Positions 37,387 to 49,101 of a DNA stretch of 64,000 nt are shown here, in pieces. The notes beneath the pieces are model-generated. The model was not told where the DNA came from. It saw only the letters and a program-made list of their open reading frames with translations, and ran no database searches. Made by a program: the position numbers and the translations under genes. Numbering within the stretch: the stretch's first letter is position 1; every line of letters starts with the position of its first letter. Source of the DNA: an uncultured Acidobacteriota bacterium (GTDB taxonomy: Bacteria > Acidobacteriota > Vicinamibacteria > Vicinamibacterales > CAVVIG01); NCBI GenBank assembly GCA_963780685.1, contig CAWACZ010000017.1:320563-384562 (forward strand). The letters are read 5' to 3'.

Positions 37387-40300
37387 TCATGAGCTCAGCG
37401 CCGCCCCGACGGCCGCCCGCAGTCTATCCAGCCCAGCCGCAACGTCTGGCCCAAGATGCACCCGTAAGGCTCGGCGGTCGCGCTCGTACAGGACCTGAAG
37501 ATCACCTCGCGCCTGGGCCGCCTTGACGACGCCGAAGGTGTACTTCTGACCCGGCACGGGTAAATCGACCGTGTCACCGCAAGTGATCTGCAGGAACACG
37601 CCCGTGTTTGGCCCACCCTTGTAGGCCTGTCCTGTCGAGTGCAAGAAGCGCGGCCCGAATTCCAGGCACGTCGCGATGCGCTTGGCGTCGCGAACGCCAT
37701 GGCGTATTGCCTGCAACGCCTGTTCGTGCGCCTCGCTCATCTCGATGTACGCCAGCAGCGCGAAGTAGTCGCCTTCCCGGAGCCGATCCAGATGCGCCTT
37801 GAGATACCCGTCAAGCGTGCGGGTCCCGTTCGCCATCTTCGCCAAGACCGCGGAGTTCTTCTCATCGGTGAAGAGCTGTATCCCATCCTCCGTGACGATC
37901 GGCGTCTCTTCCGGTAACGCCCCGCGTTCCTCGGTACTCCGCGGTCAACTTTCGCGTCGCGATCTTGCTGGCTTCCACGTCCGGCTGATCGAACGGGTGA
38001 ATGCCGAGTATGGAGCCCGCCACTGCGGTGGCGAACTCCCAGCGGAAGAATTCCTCGCCCAGGTCGTACGGATCGTCCACTGTTATGCGCACCACCGGGT
38101 GACCAGCGCGTTCCAGCTCGTTCACGGATGCGTCCTGCGCCGCGTCCGGTGCCGACAGCAATCTCAGATAGACAAACAAGCGGTCGCGACCGTAGACACC
38201 AGGCCGGCCGAGCGCCTCGCGATCGATCGGAATCACGCCCTTGCCTTCCTTCCCGGTGGATTCTGCAACCAGCTGCTCCAACCAGGCGCCAAGATCGTAA
38301 ATCGCCGGCGAAGCCACGATCGTCATCTTGTCGCGCCCAAACTGGCTCGCGGCAACGCCGAGAATGGTGCCGAGCACGACGCCGGGGTTTTCTTCGACGG
38401 GAACGGATGGCATGCAGGCACACACCATCTCCTCGGTCCGATCCAGGAACTTCGCCACATCCACTCCCATGATGGCCGCCGGGACCAGGCCGAAATCGGA
38501 GAGCACCGAGTAGCGCCCTCCGATGTTCGGCCAGCCGAGGAAGACGTGTCGAAAGCCATCGCCTTCGGCAACCTGCTGCATCTTGGAGCCCGGATCGGTG
38601 ATGGCAAGGAACCGACGGCCGGTTTCCTTCTTGCCAACGAGCCGTTCGATGCGGTCGAAGAAATACTGCTTGAACACGTTGGGCTCGAGCGTCGAGCCCG
38701 ACTTGCTCGAGACGATGACGAGCGTGTTTTTCAGATCGACTTTGTCCTCGAAGGCCTTCACCTGGGCTGGATCGGTCGAATCGAGCACGTGAAGTTCCGG
38801 GAATCCGCCGATCGTGCCGAAGGTCGTCTTGATCACCTCAGGACCCAGGCTCGATCCCCCCATGCCCAGCAGGAGGACATGGGAGAAGCCGGCATTCCGA
38901 GCCGCTTCTGTGATACCGGTCAGGCGCTGAATGTGCGCCAGCTGGTCATTGGTAATACCGAGCCAGCCGAGCCACTCCGCCTCATCCTTACCGCTCCAGA
39001 GCGATGCATCCCGGCCCCAGAGCTTTCTGACCTTGCCCTGCGCGCGCCACTCGGCCAATGACGCTTTCACCGCAGCGGTCAATTCCTCGGGCAGCTTATA
39101 GGTCAGGCGATTGAGTCTTCCCGCCCCCGCCTGCTGGCTCTGCTTTTCAACGGCCTTCAACAGCTTCGCGAAAGCATCAGCAAAGAGCTGCACGCCTTCG
39201 GTGAGCAGCTTGCCGGTCACCTCCTTCATCGAGATTCCGACTTCCGCGAGCGTCGCCATCGTGTCGCAGGCCGACTCCACATCCTCTCCGAGGCTCGCGC
39301 GCACCCGGCCGTGAGCGCGGAACGCGTCGAATGTTGCGGGCGGTATCGTGTTGACGGTATCTGGGCCGACGAGCTCTTCGATGTAGACAACGTCGCGATA
39401 GTTGGGATTCTTGCTGCCAGTGCTGGCCCACAGAAGCCGCTGCGTCTGCGCGCCTTGGCCGGCCAACGACTGCCAGCGCGAGCCGGCGAAGAGCTCCTGG
39501 TAGCGCTGATAGGTCAGCTTGGCGTTGGCGATCGCGACTCGGCCGGTCAACGATCGCAGAAGGCTTTGCTCTTTTGCGGTCGTCGTGGCCTGCAGCCGTG
39601 CTGTCATGAGCGCGTCGATCGCGGTGTCAATGCGACTGATAAAGAAGCTCGCCACGCTGGCCACGCGGCTCGGGTCTCCGCCGCCTGCGACAAAACGCTC
39701 CAGTCCTGAGATGTACGCTTCGGCCACTTGCTCGTATGCGTCGTGCGAAAACAGCAGCGTGACATTGACATTGAGGCCTTCGCTGATGAGCTGCTGAATA
39801 GCGGGAATGCCCTTGCGATGTCGCGGGGACCTTGATCATCAGATTCTCGCGTCTCCACGGCCCGCCACAGGCGCCTCGCTTCGTCCAGCGTGCCTGGCGT
39901 GTCGAACGCAAGGAATGGCGAAACCTCCAGGCTGACGTATCCATCACGCTTCGACGTCTGCTCGTACACGGGGCGTAGCGTATCAGCGGCGTCTTGAATA
40001 TCACGGACGGCGAGTCTCTCGTACAGGGTCTTGGCGTCCAACGTCCGGGACTCAGGCGCCTCGAGAACATCCTTGTAGTCGGAGCTGCCGGCGACAGCCT
40101 TTTCGAAGATCGCCGGATTGGAGGTCACGCCGCGCAAGCCGTCTTCATCGATCAGGCGGCGCAGCTCACCGCTTGTAATCAGGCTGCGGCGTATGTAGTC
40201 GAACCAGACCGACTGGCCGAAGACCTGCAGCGCGCGAAGTGGATTCTCCAGTGCCGTCACCTTGGCGAGCCGGCGCAGATGGCGTGCCTCACCGGTGAAA

Positions 40301-40680
40301 CGGGCGTTGAGGAACGCGCGAATCAGCTCGTGCGCAAGTTCAATGCCGACGACGCGGCCCCCCAGCACGAGCACGTTCATGTCGTCATGCTCCACGCCCT
40401 GGTGCGCCGAGTAGGTGTCGTGGCACAAGCCCGCGCGAATTCCGGGGATTCTATTGGCAGCCATCGACGCGCCGACGCCGCTGCCGCAGAGAATGATGCC
40501 GCGCTCGGCTCGGTGTCCCCGCAGGGCCGCGCCGACGGCCTCGGCGTAGTCCGAATAGTCCACGGGATCCTTGCTGGAGGTGCCCACATCGACCACCTCG
40601 CGGTTCTCCGCAACCAGGAACGCTTTCACCGCTTCTTTCAGTTCGAACCCGGCATGATCCGAGCCGATCGCGACGCGCAT
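37387..40680 (-). CDS. RpiB - transaldolase - glucose-6-phosphate isomerase fusion, interrupted by three single-base insertions as assembled
   Basis: RpiB ([15 protein letters not shown]...[13 protein letters not shown]) runs with no stop into transaldolase ([20 protein letters not shown]...[10 protein letters not shown]). Frame changes near 39852 and 39809 ([13 protein letters not shown] / [21 protein letters not shown]). PGI domain ([23 protein letters not shown]). Frame change near 37933, after which the frame returns to the starting one. Confidence 0.75.
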
Positions 40681-40683
40681 GGT

Positions 40684-42795
40684 TCACCTCGTTTGAGCGA
40701 CCTGCTGCTTGGCGGCGGCGACGACGTTCTCGAGAGTGAAGCCGAACTTCTTCCGCAATTCCTGCAACGGTGCCGAGGCCCCGAAGGTCTCCATCCCGAT
40801 ACTGTGGCCACCACTGCCGGTGTACCGCGCCCAGCCGAGCGTGGACGCTTTTTCCACAGAGACGCGCGGCCGGACCGATTCCGGCAGCACCTGCTCGCGA
40901 TAGTCAGGAAACGAGCGACAGTGCTGCTCGAAAAGCTCCCACGACGGCATGCTCACCACGCGCGCCTTGATCCCGTCGGTCTTGAGCCGCTCGTGCGCCG
41001 CCAGACAGAGCGAGACTTCACTACCGGTCGCAAGCAGAATCACATCGGGCGGGCCAGGATCGACATCCGCGAGCACGTACGCGCCGCGTTGGAGGCCCTC
41101 CGCGGCGGCGTATTTCGTGCGGTCGATCGTCGGCACCGCTTGCCGCGTCAGGATCAGCGCCACCGGCTCATGACGAAGTCGCATGATCACGCGCCAGGCT
41201 TCAGCCACCTCATTGGCATCGGCGGGGCGAAGCGTGATTAACCCCGGGATCGCGCGCAGGGACGCCAGATGCTCGACCGGTTGGTGCGTCGGTCCGTCTT
41301 CCCCGACTCCAATCGAATCGTGGGTGAAGATATGGATGACCGGGATCTCCATCAGTGCGCTCAGCCGGATCGCGGCACGGCCGTAGTCGCTGAAGATCAG
41401 GAACCCCGATCCATATGGTCGGAGCTTCGACAGCGACAAGCCATTGAGAATCGCGGCCATGGCGTGCTCACGGATGCCGAAATGGAGATTCCGCCCGCCA
41501 GGATTCTCGGCGCTGAAATCGCCGGCGCTGCGGGTCAGCCGCGTCTTGCACGACGGACCGAGATCTGCCGAACCCCCAATCAGCCACGGCACGTTGCCGC
41601 CGACCACATTGAGCGCCTGGCCCGACGCGTCCCGCGTGGCAACCCCTTTGGCATCACCGGGAAACACCGGCCATCCTTTGTCCCAGTCGTCCGGCAGTTC
41701 GCGGCGCAGCATGCGGTACCCCTGGTCGGCGAGCTCCGGATACGTGCGCCGGTACTCTTCAAACCTGGCCCACCAGGCGCGATGCAACGCCATGCCGCGC
41801 GCGCCGATACCCGCCCGGAAATGCTCGCGCACGCCGTCGGGGACGAGAAACTGCGCGTCTTCCGGCCAGCCGTAATGACGCTTGGTTAACCTGATTTCCT
41901 CCCTGCCGAGCGGTTCTCCGTGCGCCGCGCTCGTATCCTGTTTGGTCGGCGCGCCGTAAGCAATGTGGCTGTCGACGATCATCAAGGTCGGTCGATCGGT
42001 CGTGCGCTTGAACGTCTCGAAGCCACGCTCGAGCATCTCCAAATCGTTGGCATCTCCCACACGTGTCACGTTCCAACCGTATCCGATGAATCGGGTGGCG
42101 ACGTCGTCGCTGTACGCGAGCGCCGTGTTTCCTTCGATGGTGATGTGGTTGTTGTCGTAGATCCAGCACAGGTTGGCAAGCTTGAGATGGCCGGCCAACG
42201 AGGCGGCCTCGCCGGAGATCCCTTCCATCATGCAGCCGTCGCCGCACAAGGCATAGACGTCGTACTCGAACAGGTCGAACCCCGGGCGATTGAAGTAGCT
42301 CGCCAGCCAGCGCTCGGCGATCGCCATCCCGACGCTCGTCGCCAAGCCCTGTCCCAAGGGGCCGGTCGTCGTTTCGACGCCCGATGTCCAACGGTATTCG
42401 GGATGGCCAGCGCATTTGCTGCCCAGCTGCCGAAACCGCTGGATGTCCTCCAGCGTCACCGATAGTTGTCCAAGTGTTTCGTACTTGGGGTTGACCGCTT
42501 TGACCCCCGTCAAATGCAGCACGGAGTAGAGGAGCATCGAGGCATGGCCGGCCGACAACACGAAGCGGTCGCGGTTGGGCCAGATCGGATGGTCGGGGTC
42601 GAAGCGCAGGACGCGCTGCCAGAGACAATAGACCACCGGTGCCAGGGCCATCGGCGTTCCCGGGTGGCCTGAGTTCGCCTCCTGCACGGCATCCATCGCC
42701 AGCGTGCGGATGGTATTGACCGACAGCTGGTCCATGGTTTTCATCGCGTCGATGTCCGGCCTCGCTGAAGACATCGTGGTATCAGTCGTGCTCAT
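40684..42795 (-). CDS. tkt: transketolase
   Basis: Start set at the Met at 42795 (GGAG SD). ANSGHPGTPMALAPV, GDGCMMEGIS and FTHDSIGVGEDGPTHQP motifs. 3 nt upstream of the rpiB fusion gene. Confidence 0.9.
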   Translation of the reverse strand: MSTTDTTMSSARPDIDAMKTMDQLSVNTIRTLAMDAVQEANSGHPGTPMALAPVVYCLWQRVLRFDPDHPIWPNRDRFVLSAGHASMLLYSVLHLTGVKAVNPKYETLGQLSVTLEDIQRFRQLGSKCAGHPEYRWTSGVETTTGPLGQGLATSVGMAIAERWLASYFNRPGFDLFEYDVYALCGDGCMMEGISGEAASLAGHLKLANLCWIYDNNHITIEGNTALAYSDDVATRFIGYGWNVTRVGDANDLEMLERGFETFKRTTDRPTLMIVDSHIAYGAPTKQDTSAAHGEPLGREEIRLTKRHYGWPEDAQFLVPDGVREHFRAGIGARGMALHRAWWARFEEYRRTYPELADQGYRMLRRELPDDWDKGWPVFPGDAKGVATRDASGQALNVVGGNVPWLIGGSADLGPSCKTRLTRSAGDFSAENPGGRNLHFGIREHAMAAILNGLSLSKLRPYGSGFLIFSDYGRAAIRLSALMEIPVIHIFTHDSIGVGEDGPTHQPVEHLASLRAIPGLITLRPADANEVAEAWRVIMRLRHEPVALILTRQAVPTIDRTKYAAAEGLQRGAYVLADVDPGPPDVILLATGSEVSLCLAAHERLKTDGIKARVVSMPSWELFEQHCRSFPDYREQVLPESVRPRVSVEKASTLGWARYTGSGGHSIGMETFGASAPLQELRKKFGFTLENVVAAAKQQVAQTR

Positions 42796-42838
42796 TGGTC
42801 TTGCTCCGATGTATTCCAGAGATCCCGAGAAACGCACA

Positions 42839-45217
42839 TCAGTACGGCCAGGTCCAGTTGGCAATCTCCGCCCGGTCGGCGCCGTGCTCGTGTGCATAAC
42901 GGATGTTGTCGACGATGGCGTTCTGCATTTCCTCCTTCAAATGCCCGGCTTTGACGCGGAGCTTCGGCACGCGATCGATCACGTCGAGGACCAGATGGAA
43001 ACGCGACGTTTCGTTCAGCATCGCCAGCTCGAGCGGCGTGTTGATGTTGCCCTTCTCCTTGTAACCGTGCACGTGCATGTGGTCGTGGCCCTTGAACCGA
43101 TAGGCAAGCTTGTGGATCAGCCAGGGATAGCCGTGGAAGTTGAAGATAATCGGCTTGTCTGTCGTGAACAATCCGTCGAATTCACGCTCGGTGCAGCCGT
43201 GCGGATGCTCGGACGCCGGCTGCAGCTTGAACAGATCCACCACGTTGACGAAGCGCAGCTTCAGATCCGGCACACGCTCGCGCAGGATGGCGGCCGCGGC
43301 CAACGCTTCCATGGTGACGACATCGCCGCAGGACGCCAGCACCACGTCCGGCTCGTCGCCTGCGTCGGTGCTCGCTCTGGACCAGATACCAACGCCCTTG
43401 GTGCAGTGAACAATCGCCTCGTCGATGGTGGTGAACTGGAGATGTTTCTGTTTGTCAGCCACGATCACGTTGATGTAGTCGGTGCTCCGCAGACAGTGAT
43501 CCATGACGGACAGGAGCGTGTTGGCGTCGGGCGGAAGATACACACGTGTCACCGACGAGCTCTTGTTGGTCACGAGATCGATGAAGCCGGGATCCTGATG
43601 AGAGAACCCGTTGTGGTCCTGGCGCCAGACCGTCGACGACAGCAGGATGTTCTCGGAAGCGACCGGCACGCGCCACTTCACGTGGTTCTTCGAGATGTCC
43701 AACCACTTGGCGTGCTGGTTGAACATGGAATCGATGACGTGGGCAAAGGCTTCATACGTGTGAAAGAACCCGTGGCGGCCCGTGAGCAGATACCCCTCCA
43801 GCCAACCGACCAGCGTGTGCTCGGAAAGCATCTCCATGACGCGCCCATCAGGGGATAGCTCGCCGCCGTCGCCATCCTCCGGCAGCATGTCGGCCATCCA
43901 GGTCTTCTTGCTGACTTCGTAGACAGCCTGCAGCCGGTTGGAGGCGGTCTCGTCTGGCCCGAAGACGCGGAAGTTGGTCGGGTTGTTCTTCATCACATCG
44001 CGCAGGAACTCGCCGAGCGGCTTGGTGTTCTCGTGCAACGTCGTGCCACGGGAAACAACTTCCACTGCGTATTTGCGAAAGTCGGGAAGCTTGAGTTCCT
44101 TGCGAAGCAGACCGCCGTTGGCATGCGGGTTCGCGCTCATCCGAAGGCGCCCCTTTGGCGCAAGGGCCTTGAGCTCTGGCAGGAGCGTGCCGCCTGCATC
44201 GAACAATTCTTCAGGCTTGTAGCTGCGCATCCAGTCTTCCAGAAGTTTCAAGTTCGCCGGATTGTCGCGCACATCGGCGAAGGGAACCTGATGCGATCGC
44301 CAGGAGCCTTCGAGCTTGCGTCCTTTCATCTCCTTCGGCCCGGTCCACCCCTTGGGCGAACGCAGCACGATGACCGGCCACCGCGGCCGGACGGGAGTGT
44401 TGGACTCCCGCGCTCTTTTCTGCACAGCACGAATCTCGCCGATGGCCTGTTCCAACGTGGCGGCCATTTTCTGGTGCATCGGGGCCGGGTCGCTGCCTTC
44501 CACGAAATAGGGCTTGTAGCCGTAGCCGACAAACAGCGCTTCCAGTTCTTCGTGGCTGATGCGTGCAAGGATGGTCGGGTTGGCGATCTTGTAGCCGTTG
44601 AGATTCAGGATCGGCAGCACCGCGCCGTCCCGTACGGGGTTGATGAACTTGTTGGAATGCCACGCGGTCGCGAGCGGCCCGGTCTCCGCCTCGCCGTCAC
44701 CCACCACGCAGGCGACGATGAGATCCGGATTGTCGAGCACCATGCCGTACGCGTGCGAGAGACTGTAGCCAAGCTCGCCGCCCTCGTGGATGGAGCCTGG
44801 CGTTTCAGGCGTGACGTGGCTGCCGATATGACCCGGGAAGGAGAACTGCTTGAAGAACTTCTGCATCCCTTCGGCATCCTCGCTCTTGTCCGGATAGATC
44901 TCAGAGTAGGTGCCTTCGAGGTACGCCGGCCCCAGCACTCCGGGCGCGCCGTGGCCGGGCCCGGCCACGAAAATCATGTCGAGGCCGTCCTTGACGATCA
45001 TCCGGTTCAGATGCACCCACACAAAGGACAGGGCCGGGCTCGCGCCCCAATGACCAAGCAGCCGGCGCTTCACATGGTCCGTTTTCAAGGGCTCCTTGAG
45101 CAGCGGGTTGTCCTTCAGATAAATCATCCCCACCGCGAGGTAGTTGCATGCCCGCCAGTACGCGTTCAACAACTCCAGATCTTTCGAGGAGAGCGGTGTT
45201 GCCTCGGTGTGCGTCAT
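42839..45217 (-). CDS. xfp: xylulose-5-phosphate/fructose-6-phosphate phosphoketolase
   Basis: Start set at the Met at 45217. [39 protein letters not shown] and [18 protein letters not shown] are phosphoketolase hallmarks. About 792 aa. Confidence 0.9.
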   Translation of the reverse strand: MTHTEATPLSSKDLELLNAYWRACNYLAVGMIYLKDNPLLKEPLKTDHVKRRLLGHWGASPALSFVWVHLNRMIVKDGLDMIFVAGPGHGAPGVLGPAYLEGTYSEIYPDKSEDAEGMQKFFKQFSFPGHIGSHVTPETPGSIHEGGELGYSLSHAYGMVLDNPDLIVACVVGDGEAETGPLATAWHSNKFINPVRDGAVLPILNLNGYKIANPTILARISHEELEALFVGYGYKPYFVEGSDPAPMHQKMAATLEQAIGEIRAVQKRARESNTPVRPRWPVIVLRSPKGWTGPKEMKGRKLEGSWRSHQVPFADVRDNPANLKLLEDWMRSYKPEELFDAGGTLLPELKALAPKGRLRMSANPHANGGLLRKELKLPDFRKYAVEVVSRGTTLHENTKPLGEFLRDVMKNNPTNFRVFGPDETASNRLQAVYEVSKKTWMADMLPEDGDGGELSPDGRVMEMLSEHTLVGWLEGYLLTGRHGFFHTYEAFAHVIDSMFNQHAKWLDISKNHVKWRVPVASENILLSSTVWRQDHNGFSHQDPGFIDLVTNKSSSVTRVYLPPDANTLLSVMDHCLRSTDYINVIVADKQKHLQFTTIDEAIVHCTKGVGIWSRASTDAGDEPDVVLASCGDVVTMEALAAAAILRERVPDLKLRFVNVVDLFKLQPASEHPHGCTEREFDGLFTTDKPIIFNFHGYPWLIHKLAYRFKGHDHMHVHGYKEKGNINTPLELAMLNETSRFHLVLDVIDRVPKLRVKAGHLKEEMQNAIVDNIRYAHEHGADRAEIANWTWPY

Positions 45218-45369
45218 TTCCGGCTCTTTGGTCGCTACTGGCTTTGCCACGGCATTTCTCCAGTCAAAACCTGGTTGTTCTTCTGCGGCCTCGCGGCGCC
45301 GCATACCCTCGTGGTGACTTCAACGCTCCTGTTCGGCTTGCCGTCAATGACAGTGGGGCAGTCAGTCCC

Positions 45370-45957
45370 TCATTCCGGCACCTTGACCACGGCGTTCCAG
45401 CGTTTCACGGCCGGGATATCGCCGTAGTAGCCGAGAACGCTCACGGTTGCGGTATCGAGAAGGAAGTGACACCCGGCCGAAACCGGAAGGCCAATCCACC
45501 GAGCCACAAAGACCCTGAAGATGTGGCCGTGCGCGAAAAGAGCGACGGGCCCTTCCACCGAGCGAACTCTTGCAATGGCCCGATCGACGCGGACGCCAAT
45601 CTGCTCTGGACTTTCCCCTCCGGGACAACCGTCGTTGAACAGCATCCATCCTGGCGCATTCGCCTGGATCTGTCTCGAGGTCAAGCCTTCGTATTCGCCA
45701 TAGTTCCATTCCATCAGGTCACAATCGTTTTCAGCACGCCCGCCGAGCCCAGCCAGCTCGCAGGTCTGCCGGGCCCTGGAGAGCGGACTCGTCAGCACCC
45801 CCGCGAAGGTCAGCTTGCCCATGATCGGTGCCAGGCGCTTGGCGACGCGCCGGCCGTTTTCCGTCAGCGGGATGTCGGTGACGCCGGTGTGCTGCCCGCT
45901 CAGGCTCCATTCCGTTTCGCCATGCCGGATGAGAAAGACTCGTTGGTTTCGCGTCAT
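45370..45957 (-). CDS. histidine-phosphatase-superfamily protein (phosphoglycerate-mutase-like sugar phosphatase)
   Basis: [29 protein letters not shown] catalytic motif. ATG overlaps the pgm stop (ATGA at 45954-45957). Confidence 0.75.
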   Translation of the reverse strand: MTRNQRVFLIRHGETEWSLSGQHTGVTDIPLTENGRRVAKRLAPIMGKLTFAGVLTSPLSRARQTCELAGLGGRAENDCDLMEWNYGEYEGLTSRQIQANAPGWMLFNDGCPGGESPEQIGVRVDRAIARVRSVEGPVALFAHGHIFRVFVARWIGLPVSAGCHFLLDTATVSVLGYYGDIPAVKRWNAVVKVPE

Positions 45958-47606
45958 CCCATGACCCCTGCCAACACGCTGCTGACGAGCGCTTGCGCTT
46001 CCTCCTGGATGCGCCGCAGGTGATCACTACCGCGAAAGCTCTCCGCGTAAAGCTTGTAGACGTCCTCGGTGCCGGACGGACGTGCCGCGAACCACCCCTG
46101 CGCGGTCACGACCTTCAGGCCGCCAATGCTCGCGCCGTTGCCTGGGGCCGTCGTGACGAGCGTTTCAATCCGATCTCCGGCGAGCGTCGACGCCTTGACA
46201 TCTCCCGGCGAGAGGTTTTGAAGAACCGCCTTCTCTTCCGCTGTGGCTGGCGCATCAATGCGTTGATACACCGGAGCCCCAAGCTGACGGCTCAGGTCGC
46301 CGTACAGCTCGGAAGGAGCGCGACCTGTCCGTGCGGCGATCTCCGCTGCCAGAAGGTCCATGACGATCCCGTCCTTGTCGGTCGTCCATACCGCGCCGTC
46401 CTGCCGGAGGAACGACGCCCCCGCGCTCTCTTCGCCACCAAAGCCCAGCGATCCCTCGAGCAGGCCGGGCACGAACCACTTGAATCCGACCGGCACTTCG
46501 ACGAGCGCTCGGCCCAGCTTCGCTGCGACGCGGTCGATGATGCTGCTGCTCACGACGGTCTTGCCGATCGCTGTGTCGGCGCGCCAGTCACGACGATCGG
46601 TGAAGAGATAGAAAATCGCGGCGGTGAGGTAATGATTAGGATTCATCAGGCCGGCGTCGGGCGTGACGATGCCGTGCCGATCGCTGTCGGGGTCGTTGCC
46701 GAAGGCGATGTCGAACTGATCCTTGAGCCCGATCAGCGTCGCCATGGCGAAGGGAGATGAACAGTCCATGCGGATCTTGCCGTCCCAGTCCAAGGACATG
46801 AAGCGGAACGTCTGGTCCACCCGATTGTTCACTACCTCCATGTCAATACCGTAACGTTCGACGATCCTCGGCCAGTACGCCACGCTCGCCCCACCAAGCG
46901 GATCGACTCCGATCTTGAGGCCGGCGCTTCTGATGACTTCCATGTCCACCACCGAACCGAGATCGTTCACGTACGTGCCGACAAAGTCATACGGATGGGT
47001 GGTGGCGGCACGACGGGCCCTCTCGTAAGCGAGTCGGCCCACGTTCCGGAGATCGGTCGACAGCAGCTGGTTCGCTCTCGCCTCGATCCAACGAGTCACC
47101 TCCGTATCGGCGGGGCCGCCGCTCGGCGGGTTGTATTTGAAGCCGCCATCGTCAGGCGGATTGTGTGACGGTGTGATGACGATACCGTCTGCAAGACCGG
47201 AAGCCCGTCCGCGGTTATGTGTCAGGATCGCGTGGGAGATGGCAGGCGTGGGTGTATAGCCTTCGTCTCCGTCGATCATGACCTCCACACCGTTTGCCGC
47301 GAGCACCTCCAGGGCCGACATGAGGGCCGGCCCCGAGAGCGCGTGCGTGTCCTTGCCGATGTAGAGAGGCCCGCTGATGCCCTGGCCGCTTCGGTAGTCG
47401 CAAATCGCCTGGGTGATCGCCAGGACATGCGCTTCGTTGAAGGTGCCGCGCAGCGACGAGCCACGGTGACCGCTGGTGCCGAAGCTGACCCGTTCTGCGA
47501 GATTCGTGATCTCGGGCTTGCGCGCGTAGTACTCGTCTCGGAGCTCGTCGACATCGACGAGAGCGTCCTTCGAAGCGGGTTGACCGGCCAGGGGATGGAT
47601 CGCCAT
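45954..47606 (-). CDS. pgm: phosphoglucomutase (alpha-D-glucose-phosphate specific)
   Basis: [10 protein letters not shown] active-site loop, [29 protein letters not shown] and [10 protein letters not shown]. Confidence 0.9.
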   Translation of the reverse strand: MAIHPLAGQPASKDALVDVDELRDEYYARKPEITNLAERVSFGTSGHRGSSLRGTFNEAHVLAITQAICDYRSGQGISGPLYIGKDTHALSGPALMSALEVLAANGVEVMIDGDEGYTPTPAISHAILTHNRGRASGLADGIVITPSHNPPDDGGFKYNPPSGGPADTEVTRWIEARANQLLSTDLRNVGRLAYERARRAATTHPYDFVGTYVNDLGSVVDMEVIRSAGLKIGVDPLGGASVAYWPRIVERYGIDMEVVNNRVDQTFRFMSLDWDGKIRMDCSSPFAMATLIGLKDQFDIAFGNDPDSDRHGIVTPDAGLMNPNHYLTAAIFYLFTDRRDWRADTAIGKTVVSSSIIDRVAAKLGRALVEVPVGFKWFVPGLLEGSLGFGGEESAGASFLRQDGAVWTTDKDGIVMDLLAAEIAARTGRAPSELYGDLSRQLGAPVYQRIDAPATAEEKAVLQNLSPGDVKASTLAGDRIETLVTTAPGNGASIGGLKVVTAQGWFAARPSGTEDVYKLYAESFRGSDHLRRIQEEAQALVSSVLAGVMG

Positions 47607-47768
47607 GAGATTAGTTCGTGTGCGACACGCCTTCAGCGGCTGCCTGAAGCGGGAGCACGAAAACGACGACCGACGTTCAGGAGCCCGTTTGCCGTCCTGG
47701 CTGCTTGTGGCACGACAAGCCTCATTTAAGGACGCGCTCGGTGGGTATGACTCAGATCGAGGGCTGCG

Positions 47769-48542
47769 TCAGTAGCGCTCGCGCACGAATCGCCGGCGCG
47801 CGATTGATGCGTCATCGTTGTACGCGCCTTTGGACGACCGCTTGGGAAGCTTGACCTTCTTATGGGTCAGCTTCTTGTACGGGATCTGCTCGAGCAAATG
47901 GGCGATCGTGTTCAGTCGTGCGGCCCGCTTGTCGTCCGAACGGACGATGTACCAGGGGGCGATGCGCGTATCGGTCCTCTTGAGCATGATGTCGCGCGCA
48001 TGGGAATAGTCGTACCAGCGTGTTCGCGAGGGCAAGTCCATCGGGCTCAATTTCCACTGGCGCAGCGGGTCTTGGATGCGTGCCTCGAAACGGCGCTTCT
48101 GCTCGTCATTGCTCACTTCCATCCAGAGTTTGACCAGGATGGTGCCGCCCTCGACCAGGTACTTCTCGATCTGAGGGCACAGCTCCAGGAATCGCTGATG
48201 CTGTTTCGGCGTGCAGAACCCCATCACATACTCGACGCCGGCGCGGTTGTACCAGCTCCGATCGAAGATCACCACTTCGCCCGCGGCCGGGAAATGCCCC
48301 ATGTAGCGTTGAAAGTACACCTGACTCTTCTCGCGGTCCGAAGGCGCCGGCAAAGCCACGACCCTGAACACGCGCGGGCTCAGACGCTCCGTGATCGCCC
48401 GAATCGTGCCCCCCTTGCCCGCCCCGTCACGACCCTCGAGCACGACCACGACGCGGAGCCCCTTCTCCTTGACCCATGTCTGAAGATGGCACAGCTGCAC
48501 CTGGAGGTTTCTCAGCGTCTTTTCGTACTTCGCTCGTTTCAT
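47769..48542 (-). CDS. ppk2: polyphosphate kinase 2 family protein
   Basis: VVVLEGRDGAGKGGTIRAITERLSPRVFRVVALPAPSDREK and FDRSWYNRAGVE motifs. Confidence 0.85.
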   Translation of the reverse strand: MKRAKYEKTLRNLQVQLCHLQTWVKEKGLRVVVVLEGRDGAGKGGTIRAITERLSPRVFRVVALPAPSDREKSQVYFQRYMGHFPAAGEVVIFDRSWYNRAGVEYVMGFCTPKQHQRFLELCPQIEKYLVEGGTILVKLWMEVSNDEQKRRFEARIQDPLRQWKLSPMDLPSRTRWYDYSHARDIMLKRTDTRIAPWYIVRSDDKRAARLNTIAHLLEQIPYKKLTHKKVKLPKRSSKGAYNDDASIARRRFVRERY

Positions 48543-48606
48543 CGGTTGCCCGTCCTTCGGATAGCGGGTTGAGCATCGCCCGCCGTTGAACTTTGGCTCG
48601 GTTCGC

Positions 48607-48924
48607 CTATTCAGCGCGGACTTCGGCTACGTAGTCGAGCCCGCGCGACGTCGCAACGAAGTCGAACTTCACCTGGGGTTCCTGGGCGCACTCGACAACC
48701 GCCAGGAGCGAGGTGAAGCGATCTGAACGGACGCGCCGGCGCACGTCCACTTCGGTCGCCCATTCTTCCTCGTAACGCACGGTCGAATCGGGATCCACCC
48801 ACGCGGTACACCCCCGACACCCCGGTTCGAGCCGTACGCTCAGTGCCAGGAAGCGAAGCGCCTCGAGAAGCTCTTGAGCACCGCGCGTGGAGGCAGATGT
48901 GAGCGCGAGGGTGAGCCGCACCAT
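48607..48924 (-). CDS. small ABM-like (dimeric alpha-beta barrel) protein
   Basis: Trimmed to the Met at 48924 (MVRLTLALTS...). QELLEALRFLALSVRLEPGCRGCTAWVDPDS...YEEEWAT...VRSDRFTSLL parallels the 6796..7137 protein. Co-directional and 43 nt downstream of the PAS-GAF bEBP. Confidence 0.5.
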   Translation of the reverse strand: MVRLTLALTSASTRGAQELLEALRFLALSVRLEPGCRGCTAWVDPDSTVRYEEEWATEVDVRRRVRSDRFTSLLAVVECAQEPQVKFDFVATSRGLDYVAEVRAE

Positions 48925-49101
48925 GGGCTCGGCAAGTGCACCAGTCGTTCCAATCGTTCCGGGGGTTCGTGAGCGGCTCTTAGTGCCATCAAATGAACAC
49001 CTTGACCCCAATAACCTGATCGCCTGAAGGCCAGCGCAGCGGGATTCGACCCCCGGCATCGCAGAGGCTGCACGGCATGCCGGAGGCGGGAAGAGCGCGG
49101 T

